A stretch of 63,336 bases of DNA, the filler included, from Lenisia limosa (lineage: Eukaryota > Protista > Breviatea), in the NCBI GenBank assembly GCA_001655205.1. It is 13 parts of 13 records of this genome, joined end to end, with 100 filler letters (N's around TTAATTAATTAA, not from the genome) between each part and the next. Parts side by side here need not be neighbours in the genome. Positions count along the whole stretch, not along the records: positions 46,450 to 54,740 come from LPNZ01008781.1; positions 54,841 to 57,162 come from LPNZ01005808.1; positions 57,263 to 61,219 come from LPNZ01006248.1; 10 more parts are not named here. One strand, written 5' to 3'. Each line of letters begins with the position of its first letter. Position 1 is the stretch's first letter. This document shows, piece by piece, positions 47,209 through 60,400 of this stretch. Both the position numbers and the translations under genes were made by a program. The notes below the pieces were generated by a model. That model ran no database searches. It had not been told where the DNA came from and saw nothing but the letters and a program-made list of their open reading frames with translations.

Positions 47209-48955
47209 CTTAGCAAATGAGAACGACTTGACTGTTACGACCAGCCCGGACTTAGATTCATCCTCGGATATGACGGGTGGCTTTATGTCGGGTGTAGGCG
47301 TAGAGGCTAGGGAGAGGGGCTGGTAAAAAAAACCTCGAGTGAGGGGAAAGCAGCAAAGTAAAAAAAGGACTGTTGCTTCCGCAGTATCGCATCCTGCCAC
47401 TCCAATGTATACGTTTATAAACAACATTGACAACAACCAACAAGAAGATTAGTCATAAAAGCACTGGAATTGCTCTTACAAAGACTATAAACACACACAT
47501 TCACCTAATAGCTAAATCTGTGAACTTTACTCTTCACTTCAGAGAGAAAAGGACCTACTATCGATTTTCATCAAGATTCTATCAAGAAATTCAGTCTTTT
47601 AAAACTCATTTCATGTTCGTACCCGATTGGAATGTTATCAAAACATTTGCCACCCCCATTCCTCCAACCAGGCTCGGGGTTTTCTGCAAGTAAATGACGT
47701 TTGAGAGACACGAGGGACTGTACATGTGACACCGGCGGCGGCGATTCGGGAGGGGGGGAGGGCGACTTTGGTTCGACCTTGCTGTTTTGGGGTGAGGGGA
47801 TAGATGCATAGATTGAGACAATCGTTGAAATTTAAAGAACGCATAACAAAAGACCTCTTTGTTCAAAGTCTATAGCATGAAGAGTAGCCCTCTCCCTTGT
47901 TGAACTCCACGAAGACCCCCTGTTCAAAGCAATGCCGATCCCCCCGACATTTCCGTTGCTGACGTCTCGAGCCATCGATGTTTCATGGACCTCACTTCAG
48001 TGGGCTCGAACTTTGGCTCGTGTTTGAACAGGACTTCGGGCTTGGTTTCAACTGTTTTCTTGGCTTTAGGGGCTTCCTTTGCCTTCGGCCGGGGCTGTGG
48101 CTCAGCAACAGCTTTACTGGGCTTCGGACCACGCTTCTTCACCTCCTTGTCTTCTAGAGATGTCAACCTCTGGGCTTGGAAAAAAAAAGTTATCTTATGT
48201 TTTTTCTGCTGAAATTCATTCATTTGCATACGTTTAACCACAGAAGGGGTCTTTTTGGGCGGTGGAACGGATTGTTCATTCTTTTCCATCTGTTCAAATT
48301 GTTTCATCAGAAGTTGAATTTTCCTTTCTTCTCTACTAAGCTTCTTTTCCGGCTCAGAAGAAGAGAATGGCATCACCTACGAAAAGAGGTCAAAAAAGAA
48401 GACCCTCAAAAGCCCCTCAAAGTAACATTTACTGACTATAAAACACAAAACGCCAGCTTACAGGAGGAGGCTCGATCTTTTTACGTTTTTCTTTTGGTTT
48501 TTTCTTAATTTCAGGTTTTTGTTGCTTCTTAGCATCTTCTTCTTTCCTAAAAAAAGCATTACAAAGTCCTCAAGCCCGATTAACTCAAAAAAAGAAAGAA
48601 AGAAAACACCAGCTAACATGATATCGGTGCTTCTCTGAACAGTTTCATCACGGTGCTTAAGACGACACTGCATAACAGTGTCATAGCGAGGATCAGTCGG
48701 TGTTGGAGGCAAGGGAAGAATACTTGTACGAACCCAAAAGGACTCAGGGTCACATAAATCACATAGATATTCTTCAGGAAGAGCTCCTTCAATGCCGACA
48801 CAACCGCTATGCTGCCAGACATTGCAAGAGTCACAACAGATCATCATTCCACGGTCAGCCATGTCGCCGCATGGGCACCTAATATCACCTTCTGCTTCCA
48901 CATCCTTGGAAGAAGGGTTTTCATCCTTTGGTAAGGAAGATCCAGCTTCAGACAT
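47209..48955 (-). CDS. PHD-finger protein of KMT2E(MLL5)/SETD5/Set3 type
   Basis: N-terminal PHD IRCPCGDMADRGMMICCDSCNVWQHSGCVGI...YLCDLC, then LSREERKIQLLMKQFEQMEK resembling the KMT2E/SETD5 REERKM..I..F..LEK motif, then Pro/Lys-rich exons. Confidence 0.7.
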
Positions 48956-50025
48956 TTTTTAAGTCATCTCAAATGACTTTATCTACTAAAATGTCTTATA
49001 TACTAAACTAAATACACTACTGTTCACATTTATAACGCTTTCAAGTGGCTTTTCAAACATATATTTTTATTTTTAAGCAAAAAATAATGGGGTTACGCCA
49101 TAGAAACGTCAATATTTTCGCTCATTCATCCCCTTTCGTCTTTCTTTCAACTTGTAAATAGTGTTTTAATTACATTTGAATGATTTAATCGCGTAAAAAA
49201 AGAAAAAAACACCAAGAGAGTTTGGCAGACTTCTTCGCTAGAAAAGCTGACAGTTTGCGGTTATTTGTGGCACCCAAAGCTCTAACACTCCATCAAGATA
49301 GTAATAGTAAAGATTATACTCAAGATTTAATGTGATTGGATGTAACAGGTTCTTCACGTTCGCAGAATTGGATAAGTTCACTTTGACAAAGCATGAACCC
49401 CTATCTCCCCCCTCGTAGTTTGAGGGGTGTCCCTTTGGATTGACATTGTTAGGCCTTTCATTCTATTTTCATTATTATTATTCACTTCTGGTTTCTTGCT
49501 TTCTCTCATGGCTTTGCTCCTTTCTCATTTCTCTTTTCTTTCTCCTTTCTCCGTTTTCTTATGGTATTTGCCGGTGCGGAACGCTTCCCGTTATATGAGG
49601 GGGGTCCCATGTTTGCAATTTCATTTCAAATAACACATTCTCCTCTATTAATTTCCGAATGAACGAAGAAATATTGCATATGAGGATAGTACAGAGGCAC
49701 GGAGTGACAGACATTCATTCTTATGTTGCAACTATATTCCAACGAACCTGGGTATATACATAAATGTTTATTAATACATGTATGTCTTCCTTGTTAATCT
49801 TCTCTTCTCAACGAAGCGTTGGCTTCCTCATCACCTCTTTTTGATCTTCTTTTCTTTTCCTTTCGCACTATTCCTATTCGAAAGACGTGTTTATAATATA
49901 CTAAAACAACTTACTTCAACTCCTTACTTATCTCATTCGCCGTTTATGTACATATATTCTCATTTTTACCCCAATGTATTGCTTCTATCACTCAGCATTT
50001 TATTTCTCACCCCACAGACATAGAC

Positions 50026-53000
50026 AGTCTCCCTGGCCCCCCTCCCGGCCCTCCACCCAACTTCCAAGGAGCAGATCGCCGAGATCGTCTCGACGAGCCC
50101 CCCCGCAACGCATACCAGCGCAACGACCGGGAAGACTTCCGCCGAGGACGCGATCGAGAGCCGCGCCGGGATGGTCGTTATCGCCGCGATCGTGACTGGG
50201 ACCGCCATGAGCCAGATCAGCAGCAGTACCATCAGCAGTACCAGCAACGAGAGGTCTTTTCTCCGTCACCCCCGCCGCCGGATCTCAAAATTGGTATGCC
50301 CCCCCCTCCTCTCTTCTTCTTATTACCACTTTTTTATCGCCTTTCCCCTTATCTTCTTTGGATTGTACTTCTTCGATCAATATCATTGTGTTGTTTGGTA
50401 ACTGTCAATAAATATCCATATTTCATATAGTGGAACCTAAATGAAGTCTGAATTAAGGGAAAGGGATGCAGATTATTATCAATTTTGAATGTCAAGATCC
50501 TGAGATCTGGATCTTATGCTCTAGATCAAATTGAGGCTCGTGACAGAATCCGAATTTCCGATCTCCCATCCTACTCCACAGAAGAGATGGTTTCCCAGGT
50601 GTTCTGTCAGTTCAAACCCATCAAGTCCCTTGTACTGCTCAAGGATGAAAACGGGGTAAAGGGGGTATGTGTAATATTCCTCTTGTTCCCGCCAAGAAAT
50701 ACATGTAATATATTATGATATCATATGTAGTTCCTTCCTTTCAATCGTTCATCCATCTGTCATTCTTGGACCATTATCCCTTCAGGCATGCCTTGGGAAT
50801 GCCGTTGTCACCTTCATGAGCGAATTTGTGGGTTGAGGTCATAAAAGGTGGACGTATACAGTGATCAGGATAAGTCTTGACCGATTTGCTATGTGATTTC
50901 GCAAGGAAAATCGGTCAAGTCTTATCCCGGTCAATATACATGTAATTATGAAAAATTTCCCCGTGAAAGGGCCCTGCATTTTACCAGAGTGTTACTGAAA
51001 AACAATAGCCACCGATATGACAGTGTAGGACGGACGAACGGTTCTGCATCACCATCGAAAACGCCCTATTGAGTTCGGAGGAATTCCTCTGACGCTCCAA
51101 TATGCCAGGATTAAGGGCAAGGCTGAGAGGGTGGGCTCATCTTTTGGGGCATGACACTAGACTATTAACATTATTAATGTACAAATAATTACATTCATCA
51201 TTCACATTATTGATTATTGTCATTTTTATTTTTTATAACGTCATTTACAGTAACAACGGTACGGTCTAGCGATAAATATAATTTGATAAACATATTATTT
51301 TTTTTACTATATGGACTGTTTGGCCAGATACAACCTTGTTTTATTTCTCATCTCTTTTTACGCAAGCCTTTGCCTTATAAAAAGAATATTGGGAAAGGAT
51401 ATTGGGATATTCAGAAAGGATATTTAGAAAGAGTGTTTAGAAGGAGTATTTTTAAGGGATCTTTTTACGGGATATTGCCACTAACCGCCGCAGCCGAGAC
51501 GACGTGAGGCTGAGGCAATTGGATTCCAGTCAAGACGCTCACAGGTGGGTTTGGGGGTGGGGTCGTACTTGCGTTTATTTTTGATAAAATATACGAACGA
51601 GATCGAACAAGAAACCGCACTGTTTTTAAAAAAACTGGTCAAAGAAGCTTTTAATTATCCTTATTCTGCTTCTTGTTTTTTTCACACAAATTGGATTACT
51701 GCTGTGGAGTTATAAGTGTGAATGCATATTATATAATAATGAGATACCTCTCTCATTGACTCAAAAAACTGCAGTGGAGTTATAAGTGTGAATGCATATT
51801 ATATAATAATGAGATACCTTTCTCATTGACTCAAAAAACTGCTGGCTTTAGAGTCTCAGAAGCAGTCGAGCTTACCCTCACCCTAAATTGTCCGTTCGAT
51901 CCCTCCATCTATAGAGGCAAATAACCTTCGTATTTTAGGTAGTCGAAATGGCAGAAGTCCACCAAGATCAAGTAAAAGCCTATGAGAATGCCATGAAAAC
52001 CTGGCAGAACCATTATCAACAGGTGGGGTGGTACAATATGAACGACACTATTATTATTATCTAGAGTTTCAAGTCGAGCTTTCACACAAATATCGATATT
52101 TTTTAAAGATATTTTTTAAGGATTTGTCGAATTTATATCCATTCTTTCACTGTCAGTAAGCCCTCTCACCATCTCAGCAAGCTCCAGTTCCCGTGCCGCC
52201 CGAAGGTCCGGCCACGCATGTTGACTACCCATCCCACCTCCACGAACCTGACCAACCTCCGTAAGCCTATATGCCTTGTGTTCTAAACCATCGATATGAC
52301 TTTAGTGTAATTGATTGTCCTTTTTGGGACTTCTTTTTCGAGTTACGGTTAAGTTGCTTCTGATTCATTTAAAACCCCTTTACTATTGGTTGTATTACTT
52401 AGTTTTAAGAATTGAGGGAATTGTTTTTATTTTTTTATTATCAACATCTCTAATTAACAGGATGATGCAGTTGGCTTCGGCTGATACTACTACTGTTATT
52501 GTTTTCCATTTCGAGACCCTGTTAATGATATTTTCAGAGCCCCTCTTCCCGAAGAAACAAGACCCCCCTCACCGTGAGGTTGATCCCAATGCTTCCCTTT
52601 TCTTGCGAATGCTTTGAGGAGGTTCCTTATTTTATGGGGAAGTATCACTGTTCCCCTGATTTTGTCAGATTGTTTTTTTTTTGGGGGGGGCAAGATTTTT
52701 GTTTTCAAAGCCCTCATGCGTTCAGAGAGCCGGAGAACGAAGCATCAATGAAGGGTGGATGGCAGAGTGTTCCTGGTATGCAGGTTGTGTTGAATGTTTC
52801 ACTTGAGTCCGGATAAGTCTGGTACATTTTCAGGAATTTGTCGGATTGTTTACTTTTCCCTTTGGAATCATCCAAAAATGATATCATATCCATGCTTTCT
52901 TCGAAGAATACGGATATTATCTATTTTCGTGCTCCAAAAGGTAGTTTGGCAATAAATCTCGATGTTTTTGAACCGTTGATCTCAGATCCTGACCACTCAG

Positions 53001-54690
53001 ATCGGTTAGAGGACCAGCCGATTTCCGTGCCAGAGCCGAAGCCGAAGCCTGCTCCCCCCGTGGAACCGACACCGGAGGTGGGGGTTGTTCGTGAAAAGGT
53101 GTGCGTAATGTGTGTGGAGGGGGGGATTGTTCGGGTTGTGCGTGAAAATAAAAAGTGCCTCCCCATCATACCAATAATAGTTTTGTGCCTTCCCAGCATA
53201 ACTAATGATCGAACCGTTTACTCCTGTTTTTTAACCATCTTTATGCCCCTTCGATCATCTATGTTCAATTCCTTTGATTATTGTTATTTGACTCTGCATT
53301 ACCTTGTTCTGTACTTTCTTGCTCCTTCCGATCTCACCGTTTTTAGCCCAAAGTTGTCGCACCTCCTGAACCCGAAATCGGCCAATGGACATCTACCGAA
53401 ACAGTNNNNNNNNNNNNNNNNNNNNNNNNNNNNNNNNNNNNNNNNNNNNNNNNNNNNNNNNNNNNNNNNNNNNNNNNNNNNNNNNNNNNNNNNNNNNNNN
53501 NNNNNNNNNNNNNNNNNNNNNNNNNNNNNNNNNNNNTCATCATCATCACCATCACTATCATCATTATCGTCATCATCATCATCACCATCACTATCGTCAT
53601 CATCATCATCATCATTATCATCATCATCATCACCATTACTATCATCATCATCCTCCACCACGGTGGAATATCTCAAGCCAGGACAGCGCCAAAATATAAT
53701 TTGCAACTCACCCATTTTTGTCCTTTTTGAAAGTAACATCCGAGAAGGAAGAGGAGAGTACCGAAGTCGACAAACAGGCTCTTCTCAAACATATTGCCAA
53801 TGTTTGCTGGGAGAGGGGGGGTGGTCTTTGATCCAACTACGGAACGGAAGGAATAATGATTCATTTTAATATGAGCAGACACTAGAAACATTTGCTGCTT
53901 TGAATAAAAAAGGGCTTTTTCTCCTTCTAAAAGTGTACATACCTTCAACAAGATTTTGTTCTTTATTTCGTATTTCAACAGACTGTGACCATGATATGTC
54001 TTGAATGACTTTTTCCGACTTTCTTTGGCAAATTGTTCAATATTATTATCATCCCCAAATTTGTATAATTGCTTCAGATCCAGTCACAGCTGAAAAAGGA
54101 CAAGGTTTCTCTGCAAGACCAGTTGACCAACCAGCAACAAGTGTTTGCTGGACACTCGGCCTCATGTTGTTTCTTGTATATCATATCATCTCATAAGTAT
54201 TTTTATCCACAGCTTCGGATATACAATCTGTTCTGCACTTTTGATGAGTAGTAAATTTTAAATGCTGTCTAGAGCTATGAAGATTCACTATTAACTATGT
54301 GATACCGCGATAAGTCCTGACAAGATAAAGCTTAATCTCCTTATCAGGACTTATCACGGTAATGTTTTAATACCATAGGATATAATATTAAAATTATGAT
54401 TTGCTGTGTAATTTTCAGTATAATTTGTTATTATTTGTCAAATTGATTGATTTCTGACTCCTTTCAGCTTCAACCAGAAGCACGACCAACTTCAAATCTC
54501 ACCCGTCTACCACCAACAACAATTCCATCAACAGTACCAACAACAAGAACACCAACTGCTTCAGCAGCAGCAACAGCAGCAATACTATCCCCCGCAACAA
54601 CCGCAGTATGCTCCGCCGCAGTTATACCCGTACCCCCAATTCCAGCAACCCATGGTTTATCAACAGCCGTACCAGGTATCTTGGGGACTT
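50026..54690 (+). CDS. RRM-containing RNA-binding protein with RD-rich N-terminal region and Q/P/Y-rich tail
   Basis: Exon DRRDRLDEPPRNAYQRNDREDFRRGRDREPRRDGRYRRDRDWDR; RRM IRISDLPSYSTEEMVSQVFCQFKPIKSLVLLKD..GNAVVTF..LTLQYAR; last exon QQQQYYPPQQPQYAPPQ. Confidence 0.7.
51700..51842. repeat. About 70 bp tandem duplication in an intron
   Basis: GTGGAGTTATAAGTGTGAATGCATATTATATAATAATGAGATACC..CTCATTGACTCAAAAAACTGC occurs twice. Confidence 0.9.
53537..53655. repeat. (CAT)n microsatellite; similar (GAT)n at 40890-40990 and (CA)n(TA)n at 54847-54900
   Basis: Seen directly in the sequence. Confidence 0.9.
54305..54359. mobile_element. Miniature TIR element family F (about 55-65 bp, TA flanks)
   Basis: TA-CCGCGATAAGTCCTGA...TCAGGACTTATCACGG-TA. 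Related copies near 1692-1760, 16655-16680 and 20980-21030. Confidence 0.75.
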
Positions 54691-54846
54691 GATGTATTGG
54701 TTAATTTGAAATTCAAGTTGGGTTACGACTGTTCACAAAANNNNNNNNNNNNNNNNNNNNNNNNNNNNNNNNNNNNNNNNNNNNTTAATTAATTAANNNN
54801 NNNNNNNNNNNNNNNNNNNNNNNNNNNNNNNNNNNNNNNNGGGGAT

Positions 54847-54886
<40 letters not shown>

Positions 54887-54999
54887 TATGATATATATAT
54901 AACATATTATACATAGTATATAAAATCAAACCCTACAAACTGCCATTAAGGAGGTCAATGTCCGCCTAAAATAGTAAGTGTTGACAATGAACTGAGCCA

Positions 55000-55489
55000 T
55001 CATCAAACTTGTCAACCCATAAACCGAAGAATATAATCAGCAGCCGAAGCATATTGAAGACGATTGTTATTTGAATTCACGATAAATGTACAAAGTTCAA
55101 TATTGTAGAACTGAAAGCGAAGATCAAGTGTGTAATCGCTAGCCCCGAATCACTACATTCCCCATCAACCCCGCTCACCTTGGACGCAGCATGATAGGAC
55201 TCAATAGCTGGTGAAAGCCGGAATTGCACCCCATTTGGACCAAAACTGAGGGGAGTGATGGTTGGAAAATGTTATGATATGACATGCATGGCATATTAGG
55301 GGGGGGATCACACACGCAAGTGCACAAGTGGATAACAGTAAAGCTAACAATCCGTTTCTTCAAGTATAATAATATAATAATAACCACATTTAAGAGAGTT
55401 TTTATTACAAACCTTGACGCACTATCCGAAAGCACAGTTGCAAAAAGAAGACACCAGATCACAGCAAATACAGAAGCGATTCGGACCAT
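55000..55489 (-). CDS. Putative secreted protein (signal peptide exon plus 1-2 exons)
   Basis: MVRIASVFAVIWCLLFATVLSDSAS followed by a GT donor; next exon SFGPNGVQFRLSPAIESYHAASK. Confidence 0.45.
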
Positions 55490-56129
55490 TGGCGCTCTTT
55501 TTCTGGTATTTAACCTCCGGTTTCTCTTTTAATGACGATAATAGCTTCTATGTCAATGCGAGAAGCCAGGAAGGGGGGCTGTGAAGCTAGCCTTGAAGGT
55601 TCTGCGATGAAACTGTCAGATCAAGCTACTCTTCTACTATGTCACTATGTCTATTCAGTGCCTATTCAGTGACTAATATGTATATAAATACTATCACTTT
55701 GTTCTGTCCAATTTGCCAATTTTGTAATTTTCACCCACATACACGTGATTAGTTAAGTTGTCAATTCACGTTGCAATCTTGTAGAATTGTAACTTAAATT
55801 TAACAGCCGCTAAATCACAGACCACCAATAGCAAATCACATCTGCAAGATACCATCACTACATCTAAACAAAAGCAAAATCATACACATTAATGGAAAAC
55901 CACCTTCTTTTGAGCCTAAGAAGTGAGAATACGAGAGAGGCTTAGAATTGGGTGTAAAAAAGTCATTAAGGATTATGTGCAAGGAATTTTGTCAATAAAT
56001 ATTCGAATAAATCTTCTATAGTCCCATAGTAACTTCATAATTATTCCTCCGATATGTTGCAACCAAAAGACCAACCCAATTAATTTCGCCATAAAATTAC
56101 ACAGTCAAACCTTTATGCGAAGTTACCAC

Positions 56130-56956
56130 TGAATGGGCTTGATGTTCGGCGGTGAAGGCGGGGCAAAATCAATGTTCGGGTCGAGGGGAGGTTGCTGAAC
56201 GGGGGGTCAGAAAAAAGAAAACAAGATTGAGAGTGAAAATCGCGTGTGTCCAATATGTACCGGGTGACCATTTTATTTCTCGATAACCCCTTGATAATTA
56301 TCGATAATATATAATTTTTGTGGACCGGAGTAAAGCCCAACTTACATGGCTTTGAGGAGGGGATGGCGCATAATTCTGGAAGGAATGCTGGAAAATAAGA
56401 ACGAAATACTAATGGAAAAAGGAGATTTATGTATTTGAATGCCAACACACACACCAGCACGTCAGATTAAACAAAAGAAATTCCACTATTAACAATTCTG
56501 TTGAGAGTATAAGTATGCCCCATCCTTACACTGTTATTTGAGGATTCTTCGTTGCCTGAAGGGCTTTCATGACTTTCATACTTAAATGGTGATGGAAAAA
56601 GATGGAACCTGTAATTAACCATATCATATGAATTGAGCTAAAATTGAACTCATAATGGGCCAATATCCATTTCGCTCAATTGAACTCATAATGCACCAAT
56701 ATCCAGTATGTCTTGCAAAGATTCCCATCCAGTTGTCAAGTTACCTCCATCTTCATCAACCCCCCCCCCCAACCTGGTATGCTGGCAAGTCAAAGCCATC
56801 GTCACCCTCGTTTTCAATACCTGGACTCTCCATTTGATCCCCGGGTGCCAGGTGGCGGATATGTCCTCCGTTTCTGTTGTCCAACTCGTTTGAGGAATAG
56901 CGCTGCGGTGGCAGGGCGTCAGTTTCCGTTGGCGCGTGACCGCCAAAAAGCACCTG
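56130..56956 (-). CDS. Hypothetical low-complexity protein C-terminal exons
   Basis: VLFGGHAPTETDALPPQRYSSNELDNRNGG...DDGFDLPAYQ follows an A/D-family acceptor; final block QPPLDPNIDFAPPSPPNIKPIQW*. Confidence 0.4.
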
Positions 56957-57439
56957 AGGGTGGGAAGTGAAACGAAGGATATTTCGATGAAGTATATTGG
57001 CGTCAAGCTGGTGAGCCTAATATCAACTTTAGGCAAGAAAAAACACAAGAGTGTAGACAAAACAACAAAGTCCAGGTCAGCCGCTTCTGCAGCACCGCAT
57101 CCCATTTCTACCTTGTTGAGGTCGATGTTTGAGAGCCTTGATTCAAGCGGTGTGCGTTTGACNNNNNNNNNNNNNNNNNNNNNNNNNNNNNNNNNNNNNN
57201 NNNNNNTTAATTAATTAANNNNNNNNNNNNNNNNNNNNNNNNNNNNNNNNNNNNNNNNNNNNGGGGGGGGGGGGGGGAGTCAGGGTGCTGATAAGAGGTC
57301 TTATGTTAAGAATGTTTGGACTTCTCTGTGTTCTGCGATAGAGTCCGAGTAAAGTCAGCTTTGTTGCCCTAATAATGACCAAGTTTGAAGAGTTCCTATT
57401 CCCAGTAGAGCTAACAGTATGACATTTACCCCACATTAG

Positions 57440-60400
57440 GCTCCGTAAGCATGACGATGAGCCCTTCGAGGACAGATGAGAGGTTGAAGCCTTGTTCAAA
57501 GCACGACTGGGAGGGGGGTAAGAGGCACAACTGGGGGGGTAAGAAGGCATGTGTTTTTGCATTTGGCTTTAGATTCTCTTGGCTATGAGGTCACCCTATT
57601 TTCACCTATAATACCAGGATACAATATCATCATATTCTGAATAACATTTTTTTTGTGTTACCAATGCGATTAATCGCCACTGCCAGAAGTACACCATCCA
57701 AAATACGGCTTCAATAATTAGGATATCTACAAATGTTGATTCGAGAGCTGATAGGGTTTCGAAGTGCCTAGCCCACCTTTGAGAAGTACGACAGGAAGAG
57801 GACTGAGGCATCCATAGTCTAGAAAATGAGGGGATTCAATGTGGGAATATACCCAAATATTGGATATGCTGGCATCATTTACAATAACAGTCATATCATC
57901 TTGACAAAGGAATAGAAGAGACTGGCACTACCCAGGGAAAGGGGAATAACCCTACAAACCTCGGGGTCCTCGAGACCCTTCAGCAGAGACTCTTGTACGC
58001 TGTAGAGGGTGCGTTCTTGCTCCAACGTAGAGAGAAGAGTCTGTAGTGTCAGTTGAGTAGTCTTATCCAATGTATATGTATTTCTCCAAGGGATGCAAAG
58101 AAAATCGCAAATAAAAAAGAACATGGAATATAAAATCAGCAGCGCTTAATCAGCCAGCCCACCTCAGCTGTGATCTTGGCTTCCCAGCAGATTTGGCTGT
58201 CGTCACTGTCGAAGGTAAGGGGGAATTCTTGGGAGCAAAGGAGAGAGGGGCATTCTTATACAGAGGTGTACGATATTAACTCCTTGGGGAGAGAACATTA
58301 CAATAAAGTTAATAACACAGATATGAGACCCTGTTAATATTTGAGTACTACCAACAAATTTTTTATGACAAACTGCACATATCATTTCATACACAAAGTA
58401 AATGTATCATTGGAGAATGATTAAAAATAAAAATATGTCAAGATAACTGAACGCACATTGAGCGAGCGAGAAGAAGGTAGTTGAGGATTCTGTCATAGTA
58501 GGGCAGGAGGGCGGATTCGTCCTCGACAACTTCGAGTTGCGCAAGGGCCTGCAGGGATCTAACTGACATGTCGGACACAATCTGGGGGGTCAAAACTGAC
58601 CAAAAATCCGAGGCGTATTCCTTTATGCTTCCGAAAAAAGACGGAATTTTTGGAACATATTTATGAAGACACAACACGAGTGATAGAACCTCCAGGTCAT
58701 TATGCGGAACATCATTTTTACAGTGGGGGTGCAGTGTTTGCAACCCGCCCGTCATACGAGGGGGATGAGAGTAGGGAGCACAACGCGGGGCTTGCCAAGG
58801 GAAAGTTGGCGGATTCCATCGAGGACGTTGGTAATGGTTTCGCTACATTGTAAGCTTGGGAGGGGGGTGAGCGGTGTCAAGATGGTTTATTTTTAGATTC
58901 AGTGTAGACTGAAAAAAGGTAGATGACTTCACCCAATGTATAACCCATATTGCTTACTCATCACCGTCTTGAAGGGACTCGAGAAGGGCGGGAACAACAG
59001 CCTCAACAACCTCCACACCTGCGGGGTTAAGGAAGGAGTCGATGAATGAGAGAGAGAGAGACTGTTTAGAAATTTAACCAAAAAAGCCGGCATCATACCG
59101 ACGAAGTTGTGGAGAATAGTGAAGGCCTGGCCGGCAGAGGAACGAACGTCCGAAGACCTGTCACTGAGGGCCTAGGGGGGGTTAAATAATAAGTTGGGTG
59201 TTTTGGTAGCGGGGGTTAATATCGCATGCATTGTTCTTTCATAGATACGCATAGCAATGAGAAATAAAAAAAACAAGGTTGCATCCACACCATCACGCTT
59301 ATAAGAATATACATTCTTCCCTTGATATTACACCCCCCTCAGCACCTTCTGGACAGCAGGAAGGAAGAGGTCGGCATGAGCAATGACACGTTCCTTGCCT
59401 GCACTCTTCATAACCTCCTTAAGTGACAAACAAATGCCTGACCGCAGCGCCTCCTCGTGGCTGTTGAGACCTGTCGCGATGAGATAAACACGAGGAAGCC
59501 GTCTATATCACGTTTGGAGATATTTTATTGGTTACAGTATCTGGCCAAAGCCGTCCACGTAAGTTTACATGGAATAGTGATTGTGAAAGACTACACAACA
59601 ACACAAAAACATAGGGCAGTATTTCATGGTACTGAAGGCTGTTATTTTACTGCAATGCTAAAGGCTCACCATCCTGGATGAGGGGAAGGATGGTGGGCAG
59701 AATCTGGTCACCCAGTTTGTCAACAAGTTCTCCGAGACAGTGAGAGGCAATGGTCCTATGGGGGCGGGGGTTACATGAAAGAGTTTTTGTGTTACATTTT
59801 GAGATTGTAAAACAAAGTGGTTTAATGCTTTTCAATTCCATATTATGTCCACAATGCTTCCCACCACTCTTTATCCCCATTCCCACTTTTTATCCTGGGA
59901 ATCCGAGGACACAAAGCTGATGACAAGGTCAAGGATACGACGGAGGATCTGACGCAGAGTGCGAGGTGTGTTGAGCACAATCTGAACCATCAAATTTGAT
60001 GGTTTAAACAGGTAAAGTAGTAAAGCTCAATTGGGTTGACAAATAGAGTCAAGCCCCTCCCCCCCTCCCACAGATTTCCAGACGTGAAGACCAGCTTGAC
60101 GCACGCCTTGCGCCACATCGCAACGCGCAACATACACCAGACTACACGATTATTGCTCAGATGGCGGCTGGGAAAGAAACTCGGACCATATTTAGGAGGT
60201 GATAAATGAAGGGAAGAATGATGTCATGAACTAGGGAACAATATGCTCTTTTCTTGTACCCCCCCACGCCAGGACGTTGTCTCTTTGAGCCTTTCCAAGG
60301 ACTCGGATGATCGCCTCCTGGGGGGGGGGGGGGTCAGAAANNNNNNNNNNNNNNNNNNNNNNNNNNNNNNNNNNNNNNNNNNNNNNNNNNNNNNNNNNNN

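Noticed and set aside
53299-53739. Poly-Asp, poly-Ser or poly-His proteins
   Set aside because: Translations of an intronic (CAT)n microsatellite.
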